NCBI GenBank assembly: GCA_034669905.1 | Contig: JAXMOL010000024.1 | Location: forward strand, 42,884 to 106,883 | Length of the DNA stretch: 64,000 nt | DNA from: Candidatus Hydrogenedentota bacterium | Lineage (GTDB): Bacteria > Hydrogenedentota > Hydrogenedentia > Hydrogenedentales > JAEUWI01 | Direction: 5' to 3' | Shown: one piece after another, positions 21,726-30,998 of the stretch | Position numbering within the stretch: the first letter of the stretch is position 1 | How the letters are laid out: the number at the start of each line of letters is the position of its first letter | Program-made: the position numbers and the translations under genes | Notes under the pieces: generated by a model | Seen by the model: only the letters and a program-made list of their open reading frames with translations | Databases searched by the model: none | Told to the model about the DNA's origin: nothing

Positions 21726-22097
21726 CTATCGGTGTTCCACATAGCTGATACCCAGTTTTGCCCCGGTGGATGCCAGCCGACGATCCCGTGTCCAGAGCCG
21801 GGTGCCGGGCATCAGTGTTGTTGCAGCCAGAAGATGTACGTCGATAAACCCCAAACCGCGGCCCATAAGCTTCCTGCGCTCGATGAATTTCAACACCTCA
21901 TCATTATCGGCAACCACGGCATGAGGCAACGCCGCCAGCAGAGACAGTACTTCAACCCGATTTCCGATGGACCCGCAGGCCAGTTCGCCGATCACCATTG
22001 GATGGGTCAACACCTCATCTGCGTTCAGGAGCTCCACCAACTCGGGAGCCCCGTTGTGCAGGTGATCTATCCAAACTGGCGTGTCGACAAGAATCAT
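21726..22097 (-). CDS. vapC: VapC PIN-domain toxin (copy 1)
   Basis: MILVDTPVWIDHL...GELACG...IDVHLLA...LWTRD. Confidence 0.9.
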   Translation of the reverse strand: MILVDTPVWIDHLHNGAPELVELLNADEVLTHPMVIGELACGSIGNRVEVLSLLAALPHAVVADNDEVLKFIERRKLMGRGLGFIDVHLLAATTLMPGTRLWTRDRRLASTGAKLGISYVEHR

Positions 22098-22291
22098 GTG
22101 TCTTTCGACCGGCGGCGGGGTATGGGCTTCAAATCCGGTTCCGTACCACCAAGACGTGCGAGCCGCCGTGCGCTCTCACGCTCGATCAGCGCCTGGAGAC
22201 CAGCATGGATCAGGGCCGTACGCTCTTTGGTGCCCGTGAGGCGTTGGGCTTCCCCGAGCAGCTCGTCATCCAGGTTGATAGTAGTTCTCAT
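22094..22291 (-). CDS. vapB: VapB antitoxin (copy 1)
   Basis: MRTTINLDDELL RHH-type N-terminus; ATGA overlap with vapC. Confidence 0.9.
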   Translation of the reverse strand: MRTTINLDDELLGEAQRLTGTKERTALIHAGLQALIERESARRLARLGGTEPDLKPIPRRRSKDT

Positions 22292-22315
22292 GGTTCTTGC
22301 CTCCTTCTGTGCATG

Positions 22316-22335
22316 TAATTATACATCAAATGATG
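22316..22335 (-). promoter_or_regulatory. vapBC-1 promoter/operator (CATCA-N2-TGATG palindrome next to TATAAT)
   Basis: The same 20-mer TAATTATACATCAAATGATG occurs at 33161-33180, upstream of vapBC-2. Confidence 0.7.
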
Positions 22336-22481
22336 CTGAAATGTACGCTGGATTCTGCTAATCCGGCGCATACTTTGGGTACCACATTTTGGCATGAATG
22401 AAATTCCAAGCCTGTGACGGCCCCTCGATGTTGCTCTCTTTTTTATTGTGCCATGCACCGTAGGCGACCAACTCCCTGTCA

Positions 22482-23060
22482 TTACACCAATAATTTGTAC
22501 CAGAAAAACTGCACCTCATCGGGCAATGATGGATAGGCAAATCGGTTGATTGCGCCAAGCTCGCATCCCTGCCGCGCATAGAAGCGACAGGCCGACGCAT
22601 TGGTGTTCTGTGTCTCGATCTTGAGCCAGCGCGCACCGCGAGTCTGGGCCCATTGCACGGCATACAGGAAGAGGTCGTGGCCGACGCCCTGCCCCCGATA
22701 ATCGGGTGCAACCCGCAGGTCCCATAAGACGGCCAAATCCTGGCGGCCCTCCAGCATGTCAATACCTGGCGTGTTCCAGGCCACAACGGCCCCACCCACG
22801 GGAACGCCCTCCGCCCTGGCAACCAGAATCCCCCACCGACTCATGTCAAAACGCGACGTCCATTCCGTGGGATAGTGGCCGGGCACCGCGTCATAGTTCT
22901 TGACGTAGGGTTCCTCCACCGGTTCAGCGACAAAGGTCATACCGCAGGTGCCCTCCGCCGGGCAATCGCGGGCAAAAGTCTCGCGAACTTCAAACGCGAT
23001 GGGCACGGTGGCATATTCCGCCAGTGCCGCCACAGTTTCATCTATAATTTTGATTGTCAT
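22482..23060 (-). CDS. GNAT acetyltransferase, streptothricin acetyltransferase (Sat)-like
   Basis: DLRVAPDYRGQGVG and KIETQNTNASACRFY...FWY resemble the Sat family; substrate unproven. Confidence 0.7.
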   Translation of the reverse strand: MTIKIIDETVAALAEYATVPIAFEVRETFARDCPAEGTCGMTFVAEPVEEPYVKNYDAVPGHYPTEWTSRFDMSRWGILVARAEGVPVGGAVVAWNTPGIDMLEGRQDLAVLWDLRVAPDYRGQGVGHDLFLYAVQWAQTRGARWLKIETQNTNASACRFYARQGCELGAINRFAYPSLPDEVQFFWYKLLV

Positions 23061-23252
23061 GAAACGACTTTCCAGGTAAGGAACGTGTACTACGCTCAAA
23101 TTCCCTTCCGATTTTTGTAAGCGATAGACGGCCGATGCACAATTTATCCGTGGTACACCCGCCGTCGTAACCAGAATACCGTTGTGCTACACTCAAAACC
23201 ACGTAAATACCGAAGAAATGCACTTGCCTCGCACGCAGAAAGACCAACGCTC

Positions 23253-24929
23253 ATGAATCCCCGTATCGCCCATCTTTTTCTCCTGCTACCCATCCTCGCG
23301 CTCCAGGCCTGCGTGCACACAAACACCGCCCGCGTGACACCACCCGAGGTCCAGGCCACTCCCGCCCAACTATTCGACGGCATGGGCGACTACGAATTCC
23401 CCATTTCGACTAACTCCCCGGAGGCCCAGGCCTACTTCAACCAGGGCATCACCTGGGCCTGCGCCTTTAACCACGATGAGGCCATCCGTTCCTTTCGCAA
23501 GGCGGCCGAACTCGACGACGACTGCGCCATGGCGTGGTGGGGCGTCTCCCTGGCCGCGGGCCCCCAATACAACCATTCGGGCATGTCGGAGGAACGGACC
23601 GCTATCGCCTGGGAGGGCATGGAGAAGGCCCTCGCCCGAATCGAAAACACGAACGCGGTGGAACGGGCGCTCATCGAATCCCTCCAGCACCGCAATGCCA
23701 ATCCCGAACCGAAGGATCGCAGCACCCTCAACGTGGCCTATGCCGAGGCTATGGGCGCGCTTTGGGCGCGCTTTCCCGGGGACGGCAATATCGGCTCCCT
23801 CTATGCCGAGGCCATGATGGTCCTCCACCCCTGGCGACTCTATGAATTGGACGGTACGCCCCACGCGGACACGCCTAAAATACTCGCCGTGCTGGAGCAT
23901 GCCATGGAATTGGCCCCCAACCACCCAGGACCGCCCCACCTCTACATCCACGCCACCGAGCCAAGCAAGAACCCCGAGCAGGGACTCAACGCGGCCCGCC
24001 GCTTGGACGACCTTATTCCCGCCAGCGGCCACCTCCTCCACATGCCCTCCCACATCTATGTCCGCACGGGCTATTGGGAAGAGGCCATCCGCCAGAACGA
24101 AAAGGCCATGGCTTCGGACATGCGGTATCGCGACCTCTCTCCCGACCAGCTCGTCCAACACGCCTATATGGCCCACAACGCCCACATGGGCGCTTATGCC
24201 GCCATGATGAGCGGTCACGAAGAATCCGCCATGAACGCAGCGCGGGCCATGTGGGAAATGGTGCCGCCCGAAACCTTCGCACAGGTCGGCCCCTGGCTCG
24301 ACCGCATCATGTGCTCCGTCTACGATGTGCAGAAGCGCTTTGGACGTTGGGACGCCCTCCTCGCCGAGCCCGCGCCCCCCGCCGATCTACCCATCACCAA
24401 CGCCACGTGGAGGGCATCCCGGGCCGTGGCCTATGCCGCGAAGTTGGATATCCTAAACGCGGAAAAGGAATTCGCGGCCTTCAAGGAAGCCAAGGCCGCC
24501 ATCCCCAAAGGTGCCCGCTGGTCGCGGGACTCCGCCCACACCGTCCTGGAGGTAAGCGAGTATTTTGTCCCCGGTGAGATTGCGCTCCAACAAGGCGATC
24601 TTGAAACGGCGGTGACCCTCCTCGAGAAAGCCGCCGCGGTGGAAGACACCCTCTCCTACGGCGAACCACCCCAATGGCTCCAGCCCGTCCGTCACACCCT
24701 CGGCGCGGTCTACCTGAAAAGCGGCGACTACACGCAGGCCGAGCGGGTCTACCGGGAAGACCTTGAAGAGTGGCCGAATAACGTCTGGGCACTCTATGGA
24801 CTCGGTCGTGCCCTGCAGGAACAGGGCAAGACGAAGGAAGCGGAAAAGGTCATGGCTCAATATGAGGCGGTATGGCCGACAGATAGCGCGCCACTCACGA
24901 CGAGTTGCCAGTGCATTCCGCGGGTCTAG
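23253..24929 (+). CDS. TPR-repeat lipoprotein with a His-rich core
   Basis: Lipobox LQAC; AQAYFNQG...FNHDEA TPR start; HPGPPHLYIH and HLLHMPSHIY. Confidence 0.75.
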   Translation: MNPRIAHLFLLLPILALQACVHTNTARVTPPEVQATPAQLFDGMGDYEFPISTNSPEAQAYFNQGITWACAFNHDEAIRSFRKAAELDDDCAMAWWGVSLAAGPQYNHSGMSEERTAIAWEGMEKALARIENTNAVERALIESLQHRNANPEPKDRSTLNVAYAEAMGALWARFPGDGNIGSLYAEAMMVLHPWRLYELDGTPHADTPKILAVLEHAMELAPNHPGPPHLYIHATEPSKNPEQGLNAARRLDDLIPASGHLLHMPSHIYVRTGYWEEAIRQNEKAMASDMRYRDLSPDQLVQHAYMAHNAHMGAYAAMMSGHEESAMNAARAMWEMVPPETFAQVGPWLDRIMCSVYDVQKRFGRWDALLAEPAPPADLPITNATWRASRAVAYAAKLDILNAEKEFAAFKEAKAAIPKGARWSRDSAHTVLEVSEYFVPGEIALQQGDLETAVTLLEKAAAVEDTLSYGEPPQWLQPVRHTLGAVYLKSGDYTQAERVYREDLEEWPNNVWALYGLGRALQEQGKTKEAEKVMAQYEAVWPTDSAPLTTSCQCIPRV

Positions 24930-25038
24930 GTATGAGGTCACCGCATATGCAGCGGGCTGGCGCAGTACCAAATTGCAGGTTACTACTTCCGCGCGGCTAT
25001 TGAAACGATTGCAAGCAGGCCGCATCAGCGCACGCCGC

Positions 25039-26481
25039 TCACTCGGCAGCCGTAGCCTCCACGGTCAGAGGCTTCGGCCCACCGTCCCCGCCAGCCTCGA
25101 CAGCCCACGCACCACCGATCAGGTACTCCAGTTCCGCCGCGCCGACACGCCAGTCTCGGAGTGCCCGGACCTGTTCCAATTCAAAGGCCAGCAAGGTCTG
25201 AATGCTATCCAGCACATCCAGGAAACTCGAATCGATACTTCCTGTCGCATACTGCATCTGGAGGCTGTCAAAGGATTGTCGTGCCTGGGGCGTCAACGAC
25301 TCCTCAAAGAGGGTGTGGCGCCGTGCTCCATCCTCCACAGCAAAAAGGGCCGCCTTTGCCGCCTGCTGAAGCGCGAGGACGCGTCGTCGTTTGTCATGGT
25401 GAGCGGCCTCTTCGTTGAAGCGTGCCTCCGCAATACCGGCCTTCACTTTTTTTCGCCAGATTGGAACGTTCACCTGAAGCGACACCATGACACTGTCGTC
25501 CTGATCTTCGGGATAGCTGATGGGCTCGTTGCGGGTAGCCAGTGAATAGATATCGAGCCCGGTGTTGACCGCGGTGAGGGGGACGTTGCCCGCCAGGGAA
25601 TTGCCCAACCGGTTGGCCGCGCTCAGACTTGCCGGATAGGGCCGGTCGGGACGCTTGATGTCCGGCGTTCCCATGGATACGTATTCCAGACCCAGGGTAA
25701 TATCCGGGTTCCCTTTCTTACGGGCCAGTTCGGTCTCCGCTTCACGGCGCTGCAACAGATAGTCGAGGCGCTTCAAATCGGGGTTCGCCGCCAAGAGCTG
25801 GCCTTCCAGTACGCCCCAGGAAGGCAGAGCCGGTGGAAAGCCTGCAGGTTGAGGCCAGGGACGCTCCACGTCGATCGCGGCGCCCATCGCTTCGTTGAGC
25901 CGTGCCACCAGGGCCGGCCTGAATTGCAGGAAGCCGTCCCGCCGGTCCGCCACCTGGGTAATCTCCATGGCGATGCGCAGAACCTCGTCTTCCCGGGCCA
26001 TCCCGACGCTATACTTGGACTCCACGATATCCTTCATGTAGCCCAGCACATCCAGTTGGTCTTCCGTGACGCGAATGCTTTCACCCAGAAAGGCATATTC
26101 GAAATAGGCTTTCTTCACGTCGCCAAAGACCCGGTTCCGCTCGTCATAGAAGCGTTGCAGCGCCTCGTCGGCCTCACGGGCCGCCCCTTCGCCCCGGGTG
26201 CGAAGGGTGCCGAACCAGGGAAATTTCTGCGCGAGGGCCACCCGATAGTTGTTTACTTCCGATTGCAGAAAATAACCCAGCGTAAACATGGGGTCGTCGA
26301 GCGACGTCGCCTGGGGAACTCGCTCCAGGGCCGCTTGCCATTCGGCATGGCGCACCTGTAAGGCCGGGCTGCGGGTACCCGCCTCAATCATGTAAAGGCG
26401 AAGTTCCTCGTTGGCAGCGTATAAGGTAGGAGGCTTCACCTCCGTCACAGCGAATGAAAGTAGTACGAGCAGCGCATTCAT
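25039..26481 (-). CDS. TolC/CusC-family outer membrane efflux protein
   Basis: Signal peptide; QATSLDDPM, QKFPWFG, VNVPIW and DVLDS repeats typical of metal-efflux outer membrane factors. Confidence 0.85.
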   Translation of the reverse strand: MNALLVLLSFAVTEVKPPTLYAANEELRLYMIEAGTRSPALQVRHAEWQAALERVPQATSLDDPMFTLGYFLQSEVNNYRVALAQKFPWFGTLRTRGEGAAREADEALQRFYDERNRVFGDVKKAYFEYAFLGESIRVTEDQLDVLGYMKDIVESKYSVGMAREDEVLRIAMEITQVADRRDGFLQFRPALVARLNEAMGAAIDVERPWPQPAGFPPALPSWGVLEGQLLAANPDLKRLDYLLQRREAETELARKKGNPDITLGLEYVSMGTPDIKRPDRPYPASLSAANRLGNSLAGNVPLTAVNTGLDIYSLATRNEPISYPEDQDDSVMVSLQVNVPIWRKKVKAGIAEARFNEEAAHHDKRRRVLALQQAAKAALFAVEDGARRHTLFEESLTPQARQSFDSLQMQYATGSIDSSFLDVLDSIQTLLAFELEQVRALRDWRVGAAELEYLIGGAWAVEAGGDGGPKPLTVEATAAE

Positions 26482-26527
26482 GGGGACGAGTTCTCCGTCG
26501 TGTTCAGGTCATCACACGGGGAGATAA

Positions 26528-26544
26528 TGCAAGGGACGTGCCAG
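26528..26544 (-). promoter_or_regulatory. sigma54 (-24/-12) promoter of the TolC gene
   Basis: Minus strand CTGGCACGTCCCTTGCA matches TGGCAC-N5-TTGC. Confidence 0.85.
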
Positions 26545-26659
26545 TAGTGCGGGCAGGTAAAGGCCCCTAGAATAAAGGCCATGCTGTACGGAAGAAGACG
26601 CCGCCCACGCAGCAGATGAATAGAAGCTGACCACCTGAGCGGTCAGCGCCTGCACTTCC

Positions 26660-28009
26660 CTATTGAAATTGAACGGGCTTGTCGAGCTGATAGTCGTCTA
26701 TCTTTTTGCGCAGGGTGACGCGGGTTACGCCCAACAGCTCGGCCGTCCGCTTGATATTCCACCCCGTGCTGAAGAGTGCCTTCTCCACGTGCTCCTTTTC
26801 CACTTCCCGAAGCGTCTTGATACCGCCCGCCGGGAGAGTCGCCGGAACGCTCGGCCCCATGGCACCCAGCAGGACGGACTCCGTAATGGCCGGTCCCCGA
26901 CTGAGCAGTGCCGCCCGCGTGAGCACATTGACCAGCTCCCGCACGTTCCCCGGCCAATCGTAGGCCTGCAGGCGGGACAGGGCACCTTCTTCGATTTCCA
27001 CCAGCTGCTTGTGAAGCTCCCGGTTTAGGCGAGAGAGAATGTGGTCGGCCAGTGAGGAAATGTCTGCCCGACGGTCACGCAGTGGCGGCACCTCCATGGT
27101 CGAAACGGCCAGCCGATAATACAGGTCCTCGCGAAATCTGTTGTCGGACACCATCTGCGGCAGGTTACGATTGGTCGCTGCGACGATACGTCCCGTGAAA
27201 GGCTTCAGCTGCGTGCCTCCGACCCGTTCAAAGGCACGCTCCTGCAGTACCCGAAGCAGCTTTGCTTGTAAATCCTGGGACATGTCGCCAATTTCATCGA
27301 GAAACAGGATGCCATCGGCCGCCAATTCCATTTTGCCTGCCCGCGCAGAATCGGCCCCGGTAAATGCGCCTTTCTCGTGGCCGAACAATTCACTTTCCAA
27401 CAGGGTCGCCACCACGGCGGAACAGTTCACCGCGACAAAAGGCTTGTCCGGACAGGTTGCTTCGTGCAGAGTCCGCGCCACCAGCTCTTTACCCGTACCG
27501 CTCTCGCCCACAATGAGCACGGGCACGAGGTTTTCACTCAGCACGGCGATACTCTTCAAGATATCAATAATCTTCTCGTCGGCTCCCACGATTTCATGGG
27601 GCGAAGATTCCTGCTGGTCAATTGTGGCCGTCGCCCGGGGACGCCGCCCCTTAATGTGGTGCGTGGCCTTTTCAACCGCCAACAACACGGCGTCCAGATC
27701 GAGGGGCTTTCGAATATAGTCAAAGGCACCACGGCGAATGGCCTGGATAGTCGCCCGCGCATCCTGGACCCCCGTAATCATGATGATGACCGCATCCGAG
27801 GGCGTCTCCTGGAGCTCGTGGAGGACATCCAACCCGGTGATGTCGGGCATATTCAGATCAAGAAACACGATATCCGGCTCGGTGCCACGAATCTCCGCCA
27901 GGCCCTGCGTCCCCGTGTGACTCAGGCCGACCTCATGGCCTTCCCGTTCCAACTGAATCTGCATGGAGCGGCAGAGGGCCGTATCATCGTCTATGATATG
28001 AATGCGCAT
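26660..28009 (-). CDS. sigma54-dependent response regulator (NtrC/ZraR/AtoC family)
   Basis: REC domain, GESGTGKE, ESELFGHEKGAFTGA, WPGNVREL and a Fis-type HTH. Confidence 0.95.
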   Translation of the reverse strand: MRIHIIDDDTALCRSMQIQLEREGHEVGLSHTGTQGLAEIRGTEPDIVFLDLNMPDITGLDVLHELQETPSDAVIIMITGVQDARATIQAIRRGAFDYIRKPLDLDAVLLAVEKATHHIKGRRPRATATIDQQESSPHEIVGADEKIIDILKSIAVLSENLVPVLIVGESGTGKELVARTLHEATCPDKPFVAVNCSAVVATLLESELFGHEKGAFTGADSARAGKMELAADGILFLDEIGDMSQDLQAKLLRVLQERAFERVGGTQLKPFTGRIVAATNRNLPQMVSDNRFREDLYYRLAVSTMEVPPLRDRRADISSLADHILSRLNRELHKQLVEIEEGALSRLQAYDWPGNVRELVNVLTRAALLSRGPAITESVLLGAMGPSVPATLPAGGIKTLREVEKEHVEKALFSTGWNIKRTAELLGVTRVTLRKKIDDYQLDKPVQFQ

Positions 28010-28012
28010 GCG

Positions 28013-29815
28013 CTAGCCTTCCTTCGTGGCATGGTCAGGAAGGTGGATGCGAAACACCGCCCCCCCATCGCTTCGGTTCTCGACCGTTATGGTACCACCA
28101 TGAAGCTCCACAATCTTTTTCACATTGGGAAGGCCCAACCCGGTGCCGTTTATCTTGGTCGTATAAAAGGGCTGAAAGGAGCGCTGGAGCGCCTCCTGGC
28201 TAAGCCCCGGGCCGGTGTCTTCCACGACAATCTCAATCATTCCATGGGGCTCTACAACACGGCGGGCCCCAACCCGGACGACGCCCCCATCGGCCATGGC
28301 TTCCAAGGCGTTTCCGATGAGATTGCTCAACACCCGACAGAACTGTTCTTTGTCCACGAAAAGCGCTCGCCCTTCGAGATGGTCTTCCACCACCAACTCC
28401 GTGTTCTCCAGGGTAGCCACACCCTCCATGACATCCCGGACCGAATCAGACAGTTCCGTAAACGAGAGGTATGTGCGTTTCATTTCAACGGGTTTACCGA
28501 AGCTCAGCAGGTCGGTCAGCATGTGATCGAGACGGGTCGCCTGTTGGAGCGCGATTTCGCCCAGTTCCTGATTGCCTTCGAGCTGCCCCTCGGCCCGGGT
28601 CAATACCTGAAGATTCATCTTGATAGAGGAAAGGGGATTGCGCATCTCGTGCACCGTGCTGGAGGTTAATTCGCCCACATAGGCCAGCGTCGTCGTTCGC
28701 ACGAGTTCTTCCTGCTTCTCCTTGAGTTCATCCAGCATGGCGTTGAAAGCCATCCGCACTTCCTCGGCTTCTGCCACGTCCATGGCCTCAAGACGCTCCC
28801 CCACATAGCCGCGTCGGACCCGGTGTGCGATCTCCATGAGTTGTCGCAGGGGTTTTCCCATCAATTGGGTCATCCAGAAAGCGATGAGGACCACCAGCAC
28901 ACAGGTCACCAACACGGTCGAGAGCGTACGTACCAGAAGCACATCGAGCCAGACCAGGGCTTCGTCGCGCTCAATCTCCGTGACGAGCTGCCAACCTTCA
29001 AAGCCGATGGGAATGGCCGCCCCCAGGACACGACTCCCCCGGTAATCCAGATAGGATGAAACGGTGGAAGAGGCGCCATGATGATGGGAGGAATCCATCG
29101 ACCCCTGTCGCCAGGGCATGAAGGCTACCTCCTCGTCGGACAGCGGTTCGGTGAGAATGCGGTTGTCCGCCGATACGATGTAGACTTTGCCCGTGCCATA
29201 GAGTCCTTGTCGGTTCTGCAACAACGGGGTCAGTCGCTTCCCCAAATCCAGGTAGGCGGCGAGAAACCCCACCGGCTGTCCGCTCGCACCGGCAATCGCG
29301 CAAACCACGTGGAGCCCCACGTCGCCGGCCGCATGTCCGTGGGCCAGGCCGAATACAGCCCCATCCGACGCAATCGCCCGGGCCTGCAAATCCTCATCTA
29401 CCAGGGTGTGGTGAGAATGGCCGGATAAATGGCTCGACGCCAGGGGGCGCCATGCCCCATCCAGGACAACCACTTCGCCAAACGTGGGATTGGATGCCCG
29501 AAAAACGTCGAGGGTCTGCTGCAACCGGTTTCGGGAGGCGGCGTCATTCCCTTCAGCGGCGCGCACCAATTCGCCGGTGGTCGGCAAGGTCGCCATCGTC
29601 TCGACACGGCTCGTGCGCTCTTCAATCCAGCTGAGCACACCACTGGCCCGGCCATGGGCAACGGCCAGCACATGCTTATGGGCCAGTTCATAGACCGCTT
29701 CCATGGCGCAGTGATAGCCCTGAACACCCAGTGCGGCGATGGGGATCATGGAAATCGCGAAGAGCGCCGAAAAAATTCGGCTACGCAGGGTACCGAATAT
29801 CCGTTTCTGACCCAT
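28013..29815 (-). CDS. Sensor histidine kinase (Cache-like, HAMP, HisKA, HATPase) with a His-rich periplasmic domain
   Basis: HEMRNPL, NLIGNA, DTGPG and GTGLGL; two TM segments; SHLSGHSHH, HGH and SSHHHG in the sensor domain. Confidence 0.9.
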   Translation of the reverse strand: MGQKRIFGTLRSRIFSALFAISMIPIAALGVQGYHCAMEAVYELAHKHVLAVAHGRASGVLSWIEERTSRVETMATLPTTGELVRAAEGNDAASRNRLQQTLDVFRASNPTFGEVVVLDGAWRPLASSHLSGHSHHTLVDEDLQARAIASDGAVFGLAHGHAAGDVGLHVVCAIAGASGQPVGFLAAYLDLGKRLTPLLQNRQGLYGTGKVYIVSADNRILTEPLSDEEVAFMPWRQGSMDSSHHHGASSTVSSYLDYRGSRVLGAAIPIGFEGWQLVTEIERDEALVWLDVLLVRTLSTVLVTCVLVVLIAFWMTQLMGKPLRQLMEIAHRVRRGYVGERLEAMDVAEAEEVRMAFNAMLDELKEKQEELVRTTTLAYVGELTSSTVHEMRNPLSSIKMNLQVLTRAEGQLEGNQELGEIALQQATRLDHMLTDLLSFGKPVEMKRTYLSFTELSDSVRDVMEGVATLENTELVVEDHLEGRALFVDKEQFCRVLSNLIGNALEAMADGGVVRVGARRVVEPHGMIEIVVEDTGPGLSQEALQRSFQPFYTTKINGTGLGLPNVKKIVELHGGTITVENRSDGGAVFRIHLPDHATKEG

Positions 29816-29957
29816 CCTGTCTCTCCTTTCGAATACACCGTGCAACGGGGTGAGCGTAGCACGGCGCCCACTTCCAGTGCCAAGGGCGGGCGCTCAACGA
29901 GAACAGGGCGTGGGCAAGCAAATCACCCACGCCCCCCTGGTCGCTCAGAGCGTGTGG

Positions 29958-30626
29958 TCAGCGCGCATCGCCACCCGCTTTCCCGGCTCCTTCGGGCCTT
30001 GCTTCATCGATTTTCGACAGGAACTTCATCGGGTCCTTTTCGAAGTCCTTCACGCACCCCTTGCAGCACAAACGAACCAAGCGGTTGGCGAAGACGCGCT
30101 CGATGGGGTCGCCCATACTCCCTAACGCCTCACCACTGACGACGCAGGTCTTCAACGGATAGTCCTTTTTCTGCTGCGCGATGATCGCCTCGTCGAGGAG
30201 GGCGAGATATTTGGCAGGGTCGGCCTCGACCTTCTTGATGCACCCTTCGCAGCACAGGCGCACGAGGCGGTTCTGATAGACCAGGTCGATGGGATCGCCC
30301 ATGCTCCCCAACTCCGCTCCACTGACCGCGCAGGTGGTCAGGGGGTAATAGGGGCTCTGCTGCTTTACGATGGCCTCATCAACCTTGGCCAGACTACCGG
30401 ACAGGTCGGATTCGAATTTCTTCGGGCACCCGGCGCAACAAAAGCGGATCTCCCGGCCATCGTATTCCTTCACAATGGGCTCTCCCATGGAGCCCAGTTT
30501 TTCGCCCGTGACCGGGCAGGTATCCAGGGGATAGCTATCCGCAGACGCCACCGGCGCACCCAACACAACCGTTGCCGCAACGGCAATCCCCACATAGTTC
30601 TTCAGCAACTTCGTCATTTTGTTCAT
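29958..30626 (-). CDS. Exported protein with three YHS/TRASH-like metal-binding repeats
   Basis: Signal peptide; three copies of YPLxTCxVxGxxLGSMGxP...CCxGC. Confidence 0.85.
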   Translation of the reverse strand: MNKMTKLLKNYVGIAVAATVVLGAPVASADSYPLDTCPVTGEKLGSMGEPIVKEYDGREIRFCCAGCPKKFESDLSGSLAKVDEAIVKQQSPYYPLTTCAVSGAELGSMGDPIDLVYQNRLVRLCCEGCIKKVEADPAKYLALLDEAIIAQQKKDYPLKTCVVSGEALGSMGDPIERVFANRLVRLCCKGCVKDFEKDPMKFLSKIDEARPEGAGKAGGDAR

Positions 30627-30696
30627 CGTGTACTCCTTTGGAGGCCCATGTTAGCCGCATCCACGATGCGGACCTTGTCTTTACACGGTGAGCTAA

Positions 30697-30713
30697 CGCA
30701 ATTTGGATGCCAA
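30697..30713 (-). promoter_or_regulatory. sigma54 (-24/-12) promoter of the YHS-protein/kinase/regulator genes
   Basis: Minus strand TTGGCATCCAAATTGCG matches TGGCAy-N5-TTGC. Confidence 0.8.
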
Positions 30714-30884
30714 GGAGAGATGTATCGTTAAGCCGTTTTCAGCGTGCCCCTTAGAGAGAAGCGCCCTTGGAGAGCTCCGCCCCACGTGGTCACAACAAAG
30801 CACCCCGGTGGTCAGAAACCATCCACGTTGGACCGGAGAGAGACGGATAAATTTTTAAGAGGTCTTCGCCATAGCGAAGCCCCC

Positions 30885-30975
30885 AAGGACCTAAACGACA
30901 TAAAGGACTGAAAAGACAGGGGCTAGATGCCCCAATTCGGCTGTCCCTTACGGCCTTTCGGCCGTTCAGGTCCTT
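30885..30975. repeat. Palindromic element built of 9-nt-period AAGGACnnn units
   Basis: AAGGACCTA AACGACATA AAGGACTGA AAAGAC, then an inverted arm GTCCCTTACGGCCTTTCGGCCGTTCAGGTCCTT. Confidence 0.65.
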
Positions 30976-30998
30976 TTCCGCCTGCTAGAAAACAGTCC

